DNA from: Octopus sinensis | Taxonomy: Eukaryota | Assembly (NCBI RefSeq): GCF_006345805.1 | Contig: NC_042997.1 | Location: 168,206,001-168,270,000, forward strand | DNA: 64,000 nt | Direction of reading: 5' to 3' | Shown here: positions 1-12,188 of the stretch, piece by piece | Layout of the letters: each line of letters opens with the position of its first letter | Numbering within the stretch: the stretch's first letter is position 1 | Made by a program: the position numbers and the translations under genes | Notes under the pieces: generated by a model | What the model saw: only the letters and a program-made list of their open reading frames with translations | Told to the model about the DNA's origin: nothing | Database searches by the model: none

Positions 1-412
1 TATTTGACCTGACAATAATCTAAAACAAACAGACTCTCTTTGCTCTGGAATGATTTATAACAATGATCAACTGTCAAACTATCACTACTTTGATTTAAAC
101 ACCAGCAAATAAGTTACCAAAGGCAACAGTAGTTATAAAATGTACCAATTTTTCAACTTGAAAATACAGCATAATTTCAGTATTTCTTGTTTTGAACTAT
201 TTTTTCTCTAATGATTTTTTTTTTGCTTATGCACAAGGTTATTTTAGTAACCTATACTAGGCTATTACTGCTACATAGTATATAAAAACTGGTAGAATTC
301 AAATGCAAAATTCTAAGTTATTAAATTAGCTAAACAACAACAACAATAACAACAGCAGCAGCAGCAGCAACAACAACATCATCATCATCACCATCACCAT
401 CCTCCTCTTCGT

Positions 413-770
413 CATCATCGATTAACGTCTGTTTTCCATGCTGGCATGGGTTGGACGGTTTGACTGAGGTCTGGAGAGCAAGTAGCTGCACCAGGCTCCA
501 GTCTGGTCTGGTCTGGCAGAGTTTCTACAGCTGGATGTCCTTCCTAATGCCAACCACTCCGAGAGTGTAGTGGGTGCTTTTTACATGCCAACGACACTGG
601 AGCCAGTAAGGCGAGCCTGGTAATGAACATATTCAGATGGTACTTTTTAAGTGTCACCTGCACAGGAGCCAGTCAGTGGGGTACTGATATCAGTCACAAT
701 CGGTTGGTGTTTTTTATATGCCACAGGCACAGTAGCCAGTCAGGCAGATCTGGCTTCAACCACATTATAT
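413..770 (-). mobile_element. RTE-tail SINE-like element ending in (ATG)n
   Basis: catcatc.ttaacgtc..tttccatgct.gcatgggttggacg tail and ggatg.ccttcctaa.gccaacc motif. Other copies at about 3830-3998, 9655-9810, 10270-10560, 13262-13530, 22186-22410, 27445-27595, 30290-30570, 30880-31050, 32510-33030 and 57170-57400. Confidence 0.8.
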
Positions 771-834
771 ATACAAGCACATTTTTGAAGATATCAACTA
801 GATTTCAGCATCCAGAGGTTGCCATTAATTCTTA

Positions 835-1258
835 GGCACAAGCATAGCTGTGTGGTTAAGAAGTTTGTTTTGCAATCATGTAGATCAGGGTTCAATCCCA
901 CTGCGCAGCACTTAGGGCAAGTATCTTCTGGTACAGACACTCACCCCAGGCCAACCAATGCTTTGTGAGCGAATTTGGTAGGTGGAAACTGTGTGGAATC
1001 CCATTGCATAGACAGACAGACAAACAAGTATGTGTGTGTGCATCTGTGTTTGTCACCTCACCATCCACAAATCACTTGACAACTGGTGTTAGTTTGTTTA
1101 TATCTCTGTAACTTGGCAGTTTTGCAAAAGAGACTGATAGAATAAGCACCAGATTTAAAAAATAAGTACTTGGCTTAATTAGTTTGACTGAACCCTTTGA
1201 AGTAGTGCCCCAGCTTGGCCACAATCCAATGACTGAAACAAATAAAAGATAAAAGATA
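835..1258 (+). mobile_element. CORE-type tRNA SINE (octopus OR-like)
   Basis: tRNA-like head, CORE-like cttagggcaagtatcttct, (tg)n middle, tail ending (aaaagat)n. Confidence 0.75.
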
Positions 1259-1444
1259 AAGGTAACTGAATTAACTTTAGTGTATTACTGGTACTTTAGT
1301 GACCCACATGGAATGGGTGGAGAAATTGTTTCTAGGGACAAGATTACACACTAAAAGGCATTAGTCCAATATTTTGTTCATCCCTTATGTTAACTCTTCA
1401 CTTTATGCTTTAATCATTACAAAGCACTTGATGTTACATTGAGG

Positions 1445-2112
1445 ATGTCTTGGCATCACTCACCAAGTCCTTTGTGATCCGCTCTCTGGCTATCTATCTG
1501 TGGCTTTATATAGCTATGGTGCAACCTCACCTGGAATTTGCATCACCTGTCTGGAACCTCTATTTTGCCCAGGATATTAATCGTCTGAAAACCGCTCAGT
1601 GATGTGCAACCAAAAGAATACCCTCCATCAGGCATTTGCCATATCCTGAATGCCTTACTTCCCTGGGCATGGATACATTGAATCTCCAACGTTTGGCAGC
1701 TGACTTGGCAGACACCCATAAAATTATTAACCATCTTACAAACAATAACTCAGAGCACCTTTTCAAACTTCACCTGTCTAACACCTGTGGACATGTTTAC
1801 AAAGTCAGAAAACAGCACAGCTCCCATGACTTTCGGAAACCTTTTTTCACACTAAGAGTTGCTGAAGTATGGAACAAACTGCCGGCATCAGTTGTTAGCT
1901 GTCGGAGCACTGCATCCTTCAAAACTTCCATGCTTTCTGAGATTCGCCAACACTACACCTGATTTTCTCCCCTCCATACACACGCAAGCATGTATCTGAC
2001 TCATACACTGTTCACTTTCCAGACATTTGTACATTACTGCATATGCTTTATATGCACTTTTGACAAGTTGTGGTGCACCTGAGCACTGTATACAATAATT
2101 TCAATATTATTA
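1445..2112 (+). mobile_element. CR1-type LINE 3' fragment (RT C-terminus plus 3'UTR)
   Basis: MVQPHLEFASPVWN...FFTLRVAEVWNKLPASVVSCRSTASFK motifs and a (tat)n tail; near-identical to the copy at 56.6-57.1 kb. Confidence 0.85.
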
Positions 2113-2229
2113 TTAAACTGGTTTCCATAATTTCAGTCTTAGTATTATATAGCTTCAGAATGATTTCAGACTGAAACACCCAAGCCTAACACACAGTAGA
2201 ATGTCTATGTCATCAGTGACAAAACATTA

Positions 2230-2645
2230 ATTTCAAATTTTGGTAGAAAGCCAGCAATTTCAGGAGAGGGTAAGAAAATTACATTGATACCAGTGTTCAA
2301 CTAGCACTTATTTTTTTCTTTCTCAACATTGAAAGGATAAAAGGCAAAGCTGACCTCAGCAGATTTTGAACTCAGAATGTGAAGACAGGCAAAATACCGC
2401 TAAGCATTTTGCCCAGCATACTTACAATTCTGGCAGCTTGCTATCGTTTTGACAAAATTAATATTGATTTCAAATTTTGGCACAAGGCCAGCAATTTCGG
2501 GAATGGGGGTAAATTGATTACATTGTCCCCAATGTTCAACTGGTACTTATTTTATTGACCCCAAAAGGATGAAAAGCAAAGTCAACCAATGAAATGCTGC
2601 TAAGCATTTTGTAGGTGTGTTAATCATTCTGCCAGCTCACTACCT
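2230..2645 (-). mobile_element. Two tandem Meta-like SINEs, tail type B
   Basis: Copies at about 2230-2446 and 2466-2645. Other type-B or partial copies at 4865-5050, 19655-19750, 26215-26545, 41790-42107, 42960-43100, 43690-43820 and 46672-46895. Confidence 0.75.
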
Positions 2646-2749
2646 TTTTGCCAAAGTTAATATTAAAACCAATATTAGATTAGATATGAACAATGACATG
2701 GCAGAAATGGTATTGTATTAGAGGTATTTAGTTTTATTAGTCTATATTT

Positions 2750-3036
2750 AGTTTTTTTTTCTCGCCCTTTTCAAGCCTAGCCAGGCTCATGGGCCCGGTT
2801 TCTGTGGCATATGTGTTCCCCCCAGCTGGACGGGATGCCAGTCCATCGCAGCGTTACTCAAGAAACAGGAAGAGAGAGTGAGAGAAAGTTGTGGCGAAAG
2901 AGTACAACAGGGGTAGCTACCACCCCCTGCCGGAGCCTCATGGAGCTTTTAGGTGTTTTCGCTCAATAAACACACACAACGCCTGGTCTGGGAATCAAAA
3001 CCGCGAGTCTGCTGCCCTAACCACTGGGTCTCCACA
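2750..3036 (-). mobile_element. tRNA-derived SINE with an L2-like tail and 25-bp TSD
   Basis: TSD tatttagttttattagtctatattt at 2725-2749 and 3037-3061. Tail fragment also at about 33708-33815; head fragments at about 39985 and 44100. Confidence 0.8.
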
Positions 3037-3220
3037 TATTTAGTTTTATTAGTCTATATTTTCAATGGGCTTAATTTTACCTGTAACTCCTTCTCAAGAG
3101 CAGTAAAAGAAATATTAATAATATATCGGGTTGTTTTAAGTGACTATACTCATATAACCACACACACAATACACACACAAGTATAAAGAAAGAAAACCCA
3201 TAATTTAAGTAAATATTTAC

Positions 3221-3320
3221 CAAGCTAAATTCCTTAAAGATTTTGGAACAGCTGCTCCATAAATTGCCAAATCTCCATACAGGTAAACTATTATGCAGAT
3301 GTAGAAAAATAGCACACCAA
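3221..3320 (-). CDS. TMEM104: TMEM104 exon (V-GVLFFYICIIVYLYGDLAIYGAAVPKSLRNLA)
   Basis: Acceptor ttatatttcag|, donor TG|gtaaat, 100 nt, phase 1 to 2. Carries the conserved CIIVYLYGDLAIY motif. The remaining exons must lie left of the window. Confidence 0.95.
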
Positions 3321-5365
3321 CTGAAATATAAAAAGAATTGAAAAGTTCCACAAATAAACAGAAAAAGTCATTAAAAATTGGTCGTCATATGAGATTTGCT
3401 GTGCTTAAGAAAACCCCGCCACTTTTATTGCAGCTGCATCTCCCTCCCTCCACTCTCCCTCATGTACCTACCAGCATACAATATATCCCTGTCCAATACT
3501 TTCCCCACAAAATATCCTCCTAATACCACCTCCCTCTACAAGTCCCCAATTATTACATCTCCCCCAGTTCCCCCCTTTGTTTTGAAATCTTGTGAACTCA
3601 CCCACCCACACACCCTCTCCAATCCCCAGTCCACTTCACTATATACAGCTTCCTGTAACTTGGATGTATGGTCCCTGCACTCTCCCCTCACAGCCTCACC
3701 ATCTTTCCTCTCTATCTCTCTATCTGAGTTAGTCATGTTTCTCTTCTAATGCAAGATACCTTTTCTGAACCTCAATTCAATTCCCTGAACTTGAGGGATT
3801 TTGCCCTGCAAGTTATTGGGTGACCTCACTGCACCCAGTACTCTTTGTAAAGTAGTTGGCATTATGAAGGGCATCCAGCCATAGAAACCAACCCAAAACA
3901 GATAGTAGAGTTTGATACAATCATCTGACTTGTCGGTTCCTGACAAATTATTCTACCTATGCCAGCATGGAAAACAGATGTTAAATGATATGTGATGTGA
4001 AAACAACTTAGAGAATCAAGATCTTTTTGCAGTTTGAAATTATCAATACTTGAGATTACCCTAAAGATACTTGGGCTGTTAATAAACAAAATATGGTTGG
4101 AGCAAAGGTATTAAATTTTGTGACACTAATGCATTTTAGGTCACCCAGAAGATTGACTTTGATGGATCTTTCACTATTGTATTTTTGCAGTTATCTTATC
4201 AGTTTCTTACACATCCTATTGGATTTTAATTAGTGCCAACTCTGGCACAACAGATACTGTCAAAATTATTGTGATGTATGACACATATCTCCAGATCTAT
4301 GTCCAGTTAAGTATTCTGGGAAAAGATCATGAGAATGTGTGTTGTTCTGTGGTTTGGCCAGAAGCTGAATTGCCTTCTAAACTTTTAGAAAACTTAGCAA
4401 TTGCTTATCAATTGCTGGTTCAATTAATTTGCTGTTGACAATGATAAGTAATGATATAAGGCAATATTTTGATGGATCGATTTTGGATTCCTACATATGT
4501 ATAAGTATCACAGAGGCAGTACTATACCAATTTGAATATACATCACAAGTAAAGTGAAGGTGAAATTAGATAGTGTTAGAGAACTCTCTTGTTCTATATA
4601 TCATTCTTTTAATACTTTGGAATCTGACTAGATCCAGTAGTCAGGTTAAAGTTCCTTTATTGTCTTAATTATATTTATTTTAATGTTTTTAAGCCAACAC
4701 TTGTATAGGCACTATCTCAGAAAATTGTCTGATGTCAGCATTTGTTATGTATTACTTTTCTGCAATAAGATATTGACATTACCTTTTACCAATGAACATA
4801 CAGTTGTCCAGCTATTCAACCATTATCTCTTACCTCAATAAAGTAACATTTGTTTGAAATAGTGGTTTCAAATTTTGGCACAAGGCCAGTAAGTTTGTGG
4901 GAGTGGGAAATACAATTACAACAACCCCAGTGCTCAATTTGTACTTGACCCTGAAAGGATGAAAGGCAAAGTCAACCTTAGCAGAATATGACAGACAAAA
5001 AGCTGCTAAGCAGTTTGCTCAGCATGCTCATGGTTCTGTCACTTGTCTGTCTTATTTGTTTGAAATATCAAAGACAGTTATTACACAAAGCACAAGGATA
5101 CATACAACCAGTGCTCAACCTTGATTTCAATTGTGTTAAATAAATTAAAAGCACATTTCCTCTAGCCTATTGCTTATGACTTTTCCAAAAACTTTCTTTA
5201 CAAATATATAAACTGAGACAAATAGAATTAAGTACATTTCATTTAGACAAATGAAACTAAGAGATAATCTATTCATCTGACCAATCTTACATCAGTTTCT
5301 TTTAAATTTGCAAACAGACATTTGATTTAAATATTAAAATTAAGGAATAAAATAGAAATAATTAC

Positions 5366-5396
5366 CTTTGTTGAAGAACAGTGATGCCATGTGACC
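5366..5396 (-). CDS. TMEM104: TMEM104 31-nt exon (GHMASLFFNK)
   Basis: Acceptor tttcaacag|, donor AAG|gtaatt, phase 0 to 1. Matches GQMASMFFNK. Confidence 0.92.
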
Positions 5397-5438
5397 CTGT
5401 TGAAAGAAAGGTTTGACTATATTATAATAGTTAAGTGG

Positions 5439-5721
5439 ATTCTGTTGTGTCTGGGGAGAGTCATTTTCTTTTTGTGCCTTATAATGTAACTCATTCACCG
5501 GTAAAATTTCCACTTATTTCTTATTTTTATTTTCCTAAAATTTTCGTTGCGTCTTAACGAAAATTTTAGGAAAATAAAAATAAGAAATAAGTGGAAATTT
5601 TACCGGTGAGTGTGTTACATTACAAGGCACAAAAAGAAACTGACTTTCCCCAGACACAACAGAATATGCTTCAGCACACAAACTCATATAAAGAATCTTG
5701 CAAACCAAATCCAAAAACGAA
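5439..5721. mobile_element. Fold-back insertion (about 110-bp arms, 7-nt loop, one arm extended), possibly Penelope-derived
   Basis: Inverted repeat 5439-5548 / 5556-5665. 13-bp direct repeat agttaagtggatt at 5429-5441 and 5722-5734. Confidence 0.6.
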
Positions 5722-6635
5722 AGTTAAGTGGATTATTAGTTAGTAATTCTAATATTCTCTCATATTTTCATTTTAGGGAGAAGATGCAGCCTATTCTTTT
5801 ATTAAATTAACTGAGATAATTAGGGAAGAATACATTGTCTATGGGCATAATAAAGCCAGTGCACACACACAATGCAAGCAAAGGTTACACAAAAGGACAG
5901 TATGACCTCTGGAAGATTAGTTAGCAACCATGACTACAATGTACTAAACCTACAAGAATAATAGATGTACCCATGTCCTGCTTGATTGAAACAGCAGTAG
6001 TTAGTTTCTGTTCCTTAGTTCTAGATGTGTTTGTATGTAGCACTTTTATGATATAGTATCTAGAGCAAGAAATGAGAAGAAAAGAATCAGCTTTTTTTTT
6101 CTGTTAGTAACAACAAAAGAAAAAGGAGTTTCTATAAGATTGCTTGATTTGCATAAAATATCAACCAATCCTCCCCACATCACTCTTTACAGTCTTAAAA
6201 ATGTAAAGAACATGTTAGATAATGTAGTCCTCCATATCTCTACAAAGAACGGTGAAGGCTGAAATACTTTTGATCATACACCTGTTTGATTTGATCTGAA
6301 TGGCAACAACAACAATAACAAAAAAAAAGCAGCATAGCTAGATCTTAGGGTGACAGGCCTCACAACATATAGGATTGCGAGTGGAGGTGATTGATTGCCT
6401 TAATGGCTTCAGAAAAAGATTTGGAAGCCGTGAAGTTCATACTTTAGATATTTAGGAAACTAAATAATGTTGCACACTGAGCTATACAGGGCTTTCTTCA
6501 CTACACACATCTAGTCATTCATTCTCTCTCACTCATTCATTCATGCCAACACAAAACACAAACAGCTTGTTATTTCAAAATCATTAGAAAAAAAATAGAG
6601 CAGAAAATAACGAAGCAAACAAAAACTTAACATAC

Positions 6636-6673
6636 CATTTCGACTCTCTCTGTGATATCATACAGTTTGTTAG
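6636..6673 (-). CDS. TMEM104: TMEM104 38-nt exon (A-NKLYDITERVEM)
   Basis: Acceptor tttgtttcag|, donor ATG|gtatgt, phase 1 to 0. Matches FEITDRVEM. Confidence 0.92.
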
Positions 6674-7212
6674 CTGAAACAAATAAAATTATATATTATA
6701 GAACGCTATTATCTTACATTTATATATTAAATGTAATTGTTGAGAACTAATGAATGATTCATAAGAACACTAACTAGAATTGTTTTCTATATCAACTAAA
6801 TTTAATTTAGAGTTATATTGATAGTTGTGACAACAGAATATATTGTAATATAGTTCACTTACATGTGAACCCTACAAAGTTAAGGTGTGTTCAAATAAGC
6901 TACATCTTGGATCTAACTTTAAATTATGGTACTAACCATGTCACCTAAGTCCACTTAACCTTTCCTCAAGGAGCAATATTGGTGTTAGGTATCAAACTGA
7001 CTGGATTATAGCAGGTTAATAAGTTATAGATTTAAATTCAAATCCTCTCTTTAACATACTATATATTTCCCCTCTCAAGATATTAGGAAATGGCAAGGGT
7101 TTCAATTGTAAAATACCACTACTGTTGCAATGTCTCCATGAATGAAACTGGCCATCACTTGAAAATATTTGGAAATGTGTATTTTGTGACACTGTCAGCT
7201 AGTTTTAGTTGA

Positions 7213-7690
7213 TGGAATTCTGCATCATGCATGCTATATAACCACTCCTAACATTTTTTATTTTTTGGGAATTTTCAGAAAATTTTCATAAATTTGTGTT
7301 CTACACACAGGAATTCATACAATTATGAAAAGAAATTTTTTGTATGTGATTTAAAGGCTATTGCTGTTATTTTTAGCACATCTCATGCCCACCTTATACC
7401 TTCTTCATTTCTTTGTCACTGTGACATGTTGATGCTTTTCAATATCTTTCTTCCCATAAACACATGTAATGGTATATTGCTGGAATTTGAGCAAAAAATT
7501 TGTATTGTCCATATTTTAAACTGTGATTTAAAAGAAAAAAATTTTGAAAAATCAAAAATAAATTTTTTGTTATAGTAGTGTGAATTCCTGTGTGTAGAAT
7601 ACAAATTTGCAAAAACTTTTTGAAAATTACAAAAAGTAAAAAGGCTTATAAAGGCTATAAGTTATATGGCACACATAAAGCAGAATTCCA
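7213..7690. mobile_element. MITE with long imperfect TIRs
   Basis: Termini tggaattctgc / gcagaattcca. Internal inverted match gtgttctacacacaggaattca / tgaattcctgtgtgtagaatac. Confidence 0.65.
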
Positions 7691-7799
7691 CCCTTTAATT
7701 ATTATTAAGTCAAGGCAGATTATTTGAAAAATTAACCATTAGAAAAACATTATAAATAGCTATCAAGAAATCTAAAACAAATCTATGATAATTTCTCAC

Positions 7800-7881
7800 C
7801 ATTGCCATCACTATCATCTTCCTGATCCAAAAGTGGTTGTTCTTCATTATTTTCATACACAATGGTATCTTTTTTATGTCT
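7800..7881 (-). CDS. TMEM104: TMEM104 exon (RHKKDTIVYENNEEQPLLDQEDDSDGN)
   Basis: Branch-like tactaat then acceptor ctattatag|, donor G|gtgaga, 82 nt, phase 0 to 1. In frame with the flanking exons; YE..E..PLL resembles the variable loop of the family. Confidence 0.8.
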
Positions 7882-7933
7882 CTATAATAGAATATTGAAA
7901 AATGCATTAGTAAATGTATGATCATGCAATAAC

Positions 7934-7988
7934 CTATTTTGATCATTAGGGTTCTTTTGATCTCTTCATTTTCACGCACTGTATCCAT
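7934..7988 (-). other. Candidate 55-nt TMEM104 exon (MDTVRENEEIKRTLMIKI)
   Basis: Acceptor tctgtag|ATG, donor AG|gttatt. MDTVRENEE resembles vertebrate MENLKEEED, but the length does not keep frame with the best downstream acceptor. Confidence 0.4.
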
Positions 7989-8331
7989 CTACAGACATTA
8001 AGATGCAATTGAAATAATTCAACAACAATGAATTTTGTCTATAATCAAATATTTAGAGCAGACATTTTCAAAAAGGGTGTGCTGTAAATTTATAAAAAAA
8101 AAAAAAAAGAAAACCACTTAATCCATACTAATGTTTAAGCATATTGAAAAATGTGTTTTTCTAAATTTGTTCTACTCAAAAATGATCAATGAAATAAAGA
8201 AACATTTTTTTTGAAATTTTAAAACTAAATAACAGGTTTTTTTAAAAACATTTCCACACTAAATACTGTTAATTGTTTTTATTTCATTTCCATTGTGATG
8301 TGAAGTTAAAATGAATATATAACTATTATAT

Positions 8332-8868
8332 AACTATAACTATGTCTTAAAAATTGATTATTTGTCCATTGATTACTTAGAAATAAAACCTATATGAGTT
8401 CTCAAAATATTTTTAAAAACCATTACATTAAGAAAGATATGTACAGCTATTGTTATTATGAATGCTCAAAGAAGTATCCTAACTCTTGAAAGAATACTGT
8501 TTACTACATTTATGAATCTTCCTGGGCACTTGAGAAAATCTATTTATCACTTCCCTGGATCTTTCCACTGCCTCCAGAATGGCAACCCCCACCCACTTTG
8601 GGAGCCACTGCTCTGGCAGAGGTGATGGAACAATAAACCCTAAGAGTACATGATAAATAGATTCTCTCAAATGCCCAGGAAGATTCATAAATGTAGTAAA
8701 CAGTATTCTTTCAAGAGTTAGGATACTTCTTTGAGCATTCATAATAACAATAGCTGTACATATCTTTCTTAATGTAATGTTTTTTTTAAATATTTTGAGA
8801 ACTCATATAGGTTTTATTTCTAAGTAATCAATGGACAAATAATCAATTTTTAAGCCATAGTTATAGTT
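8332..8868. repeat. Near-perfect 218-bp inverted duplication with a 101-bp spacer
   Basis: Arms 8332-8549 and 8651-8868, about 6 mismatches by eye. Spacer plus inner arm recur at about 9176-9325. Confidence 0.9.
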
Positions 8869-10559
8869 TTTTTAAGGAAATGCATAATTTTTAACCAGTG
8901 GTATTGTTATGAGAATATCACAATCCTTAATCCTTTTGATGCCAACCTACCTGAAATTGTCTCTGTTTCTATGATAGAAGCTTTTTAGTTTAAAGCAGTG
9001 ACCCCCCGCCCCATTTCCCACTCACCACCACAAACATATATATCACTTTCTACATCAAATTCAAAATATCTGTATTTTACAAATAAAACTTAACCTAATC
9101 AACCCATTATTTTGTTGCTTTTACATCCATTGCCCCATTTTGGCCACCCCTTTTCACTCCCACTTTTCCTCAGCACTTTCCTGGATCTTTCCACTGCCTC
9201 AAGAAGGGCAATCCCACCCACTTTGGGAGCCACTTTGGCAGATGTGATGGAGCAATAAACCCTAAGAGCACATGATAAATTCTCTCAAATGCCCAGGAAG
9301 ATCCATAAATGTAGTAGACAGTTTCTGTTACCTAGGTGACCAAATTAGCAGAGGAAGAGGATATTCTGAAAGTATACTAGCTAGAGTAAGAGCAGCGTGG
9401 AGAAGTTTTAGGGGGCTATTATCTTTGTAGGTATCTAAATGTTTCTATCTTGAAGAGTAAGGTAGAATATATGATGCTTGTGTATGAACTGCAAGGTTAC
9501 ATAGTAGTGAGGCTTGGCGTCTGAATGTAGAGGATTAGCAAAAACTACAAATAAAATGAAATGAGTATGCTCTGCTGAATGTGGACTGACAGTGTGCATG
9601 AATGAGGAAGTATAAATAAGTTGATGAAAAAAAAAGGGTATAAGAGAAATCAAATGTAGTACTGGAGCTATAAAAAAAGCATCCAGTATACTCTGTGAAG
9701 TGATTGGCATTACGAAGAGCATCAAGCCATAGAAACCACAGATGCCGAAACATGTCATCCAGCTTGTCAGATCCTACTGAACCATCCAACCCATGCCAGC
9801 GTGGAAAATGGCCTTAATCACTCTTTTAATCAAGTCCTGATTTATTTCATTCCCAAAGGAAACAAAAAATTCGAGTAAAAATGTCACAAAGTTTTTAGAA
9901 AAAAACTAAAATATTTAGTGCATTTTTCTTTGAAAATTGCAATATAAAACCCACAAAATTACTTGATGGAAGTTTGATATAATATATGAAAAAGTGCACT
10001 ATAATGTGATATTTTGATAGATAAAATTAAGATAGAATTGTAGTTGTCTAGATGTTTACATAATAAACAAAGATATAAACATAGTAAAATAACAACATAA
10101 GTTATCATTGATCCACAGTGTATTCATAACAATCAGCTCATATCTTGCTAAAGATGTGTTGTTTTCCAAAGTAAGTCACATAACTCTGCTTGTCTTAGTT
10201 TAGAGTCTCTATTATTTAAATAATGAGTTCTTAATTTTAAAATTGAATCAGCTATAAAAAATACTTATCATCACTTAACATCTGCCTTCCATGCTGCCAT
10301 GGGTGGGATGGTTTGACAGGAGCTGGCCAGGCAGAAGTCTGCATCAGACTCTTGCAACTGTTTTGGCAGGATTTTTACAGTTGGATGCCTTCCCTAACAC
10401 CAACCATTCAGCAGGATGGACTTAGTGCTTTTTACATGGCACAAGCACAGGCAAGGTCAGTTTTGGCAAGGATTTTACAACTGGATGCCCTTCCAAATAC
10501 CAACCACTTTACAGCGTGAACTGGGTGCTTTTAAGTGGCACCTGTACTGACAGGGTCAC

Positions 10560-11460
10560 CAAGTACTCGCAAGACAAAAAAAATCTCCTTTGGGAGGGGA
10601 GGGGGTATTGGAGGAGGTGAACTTGTGTCAGATGATGAAAGGTTATAGTGAGACAGATAGACAGAAACAGGTGCACTGCTGCAAAGAAAATATAAGGTTA
10701 CCCAATCTGAGGGAAGTGCAGGAGAAGGGGAGTGAGAGTGGGAGACAGCAGGATAGAGATGGTGGCAAAGTGCCAGGCATCTCAAAAGAAATGGGGATCA
10801 GAATATAAATGGAATGGTTGAGTAAAGGAAGAGAGAGATATAGATGGTGGTAAGTGCCAGGATATTGTGAGGAATCATGATTAGAGAGTGTGGAGGGTGT
10901 GTGTGAAAACCTGGGTATATATAGAGTCGGGTGGGTACTGGATAGCAATGATACAGAGAAACAGGGCCATGAGAGCAGGATTGGGAAGTGAGAGGTAGTC
11001 ATAGTGTATGAAGGAAGAAATGTGAGGAAGAGATGTAGAGATGTAGATTGGTTTGTTGAGGTAGGGTGTGTGCACTAATGTAGCTAGGTGGCAGGGGCAG
11101 TCTGCCCTAGGTTTGCTGTAGGCAATATGTGTTTTTTATGGGGTCCAGGGGTGGCAAACGGAAGGGCTGTCCCAGGTGGCACACACTCTAGCTATGCTAG
11201 TGGGTGTGTGAAAACTTTTCTTGTTACATGTGGGGGGGAACACACAGGTCAGGGGCTAGCAGATATCAATGATACAGTGAAACAGGGTGTATGGGTGGAA
11301 CATACAGATCAGGAGCTAGCAGAGAGCAATGACACAGTGGGACAGGGCCAAGAGGATTGGGGAGTGGGAGGTAAGCAAAGTGTATGAAGTGGAAATGTGA
11401 GTAAGTCAAGAGATGTTGTTTGGTTTGTTGGGGTAGAGTGTGTAAGAAGTTTTCTTGTTA
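10560..11460 (+). repeat. Purine-rich interspersed repeat that follows RTE-tail elements
   Basis: Related segments at 12740-13260 (-), 30575-30780 (+) and 3430-3750 (-), e.g. gatgatga.aggtta.agt..ga.aga.agacagaaacag.tg. Confidence 0.55.
11073..11202. mobile_element. hAT-type MITE
   Basis: TIR cacta..tagctag / ctagctatgctagtg with a perfect 8-bp TSD ggtgtgtg. Confidence 0.8.
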
Positions 11461-11970
11461 AGTGTGGGTGAGACACACAGCACTTCTAGAACTCAGTTTC
11501 GCTGATGTGGGCAGGTCTTCTCAAGAACCTCATATCGCCCAGACATCTCGGTCCATTGTCATTTCCTCCATGAGGCCCAACATCCTGAGATCAAATAATG
11601 CTAATTATGTTTTCTTATACATAATGAAACTACTTGTTTGTTGTGTGATGTATTACAGACATATTAACACACAAGGCCCAAATCAATCTATTTGCTGGTT
11701 GATTTGGGCCTTGTATGGGGAAGATGGTAAAACCTAACATAGGAGGCTAAACAGACAGAAAAAAAAAACCCAAAGATATGGGTCAAGATTGTAATATTGT
11801 GTTAGGTACCCAAATACCAGGAAGAGAACTTATACTCTTATAGTATTGGTCATTGTAGGAGTGAAGAGGAGGGGGTAAATTTTTAAATGAAGAAGTGACC
11901 AAATGGTTATGATGTTGGAGAAATATTTACTGAAAATATATAAATATAATCTTTTATTATAGTTACTCTA

Positions 11971-12188
11971 AATAAGGATGGCGAGTTGGCAGAACCATTA
12001 GCATGCTGGGGAACATGCTTAGTGATATTTCATCTATCTTTATGTTCTGAGTTCAAATTTAGCTGGGGTCAGTTTTGCCTTTCATCCCCTCAGGGCCAAT
12101 AAAATAAGTACCAATTGAGCACTGGGGTTGATGTAATTGACTCACCCACTCTCCCAAACTTGCTGGCCTTGTGCCAAAATTTGAAACT
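11971..12188 (+). mobile_element. Meta-like SINE, tail type B (cttgtgccaaaatttgaaa)
   Basis: 15-bp TSD atta(t/c)agttactcta at 11956-11970 and 12189-12203. Confidence 0.85.

Noticed and set aside
118-156. Next TMEM104 exon (ag/gt-bounded 39 nt)
   Set aside because: In the required phase it gives TGT TGA (immediate stop) and has no similarity to the expected CWG-containing segment.
7710-7988. 92-aa hydrophobic ORF from the ORF track
   Set aside because: It reads through an intron and uses the wrong frame of the true 7800-7881 exon.
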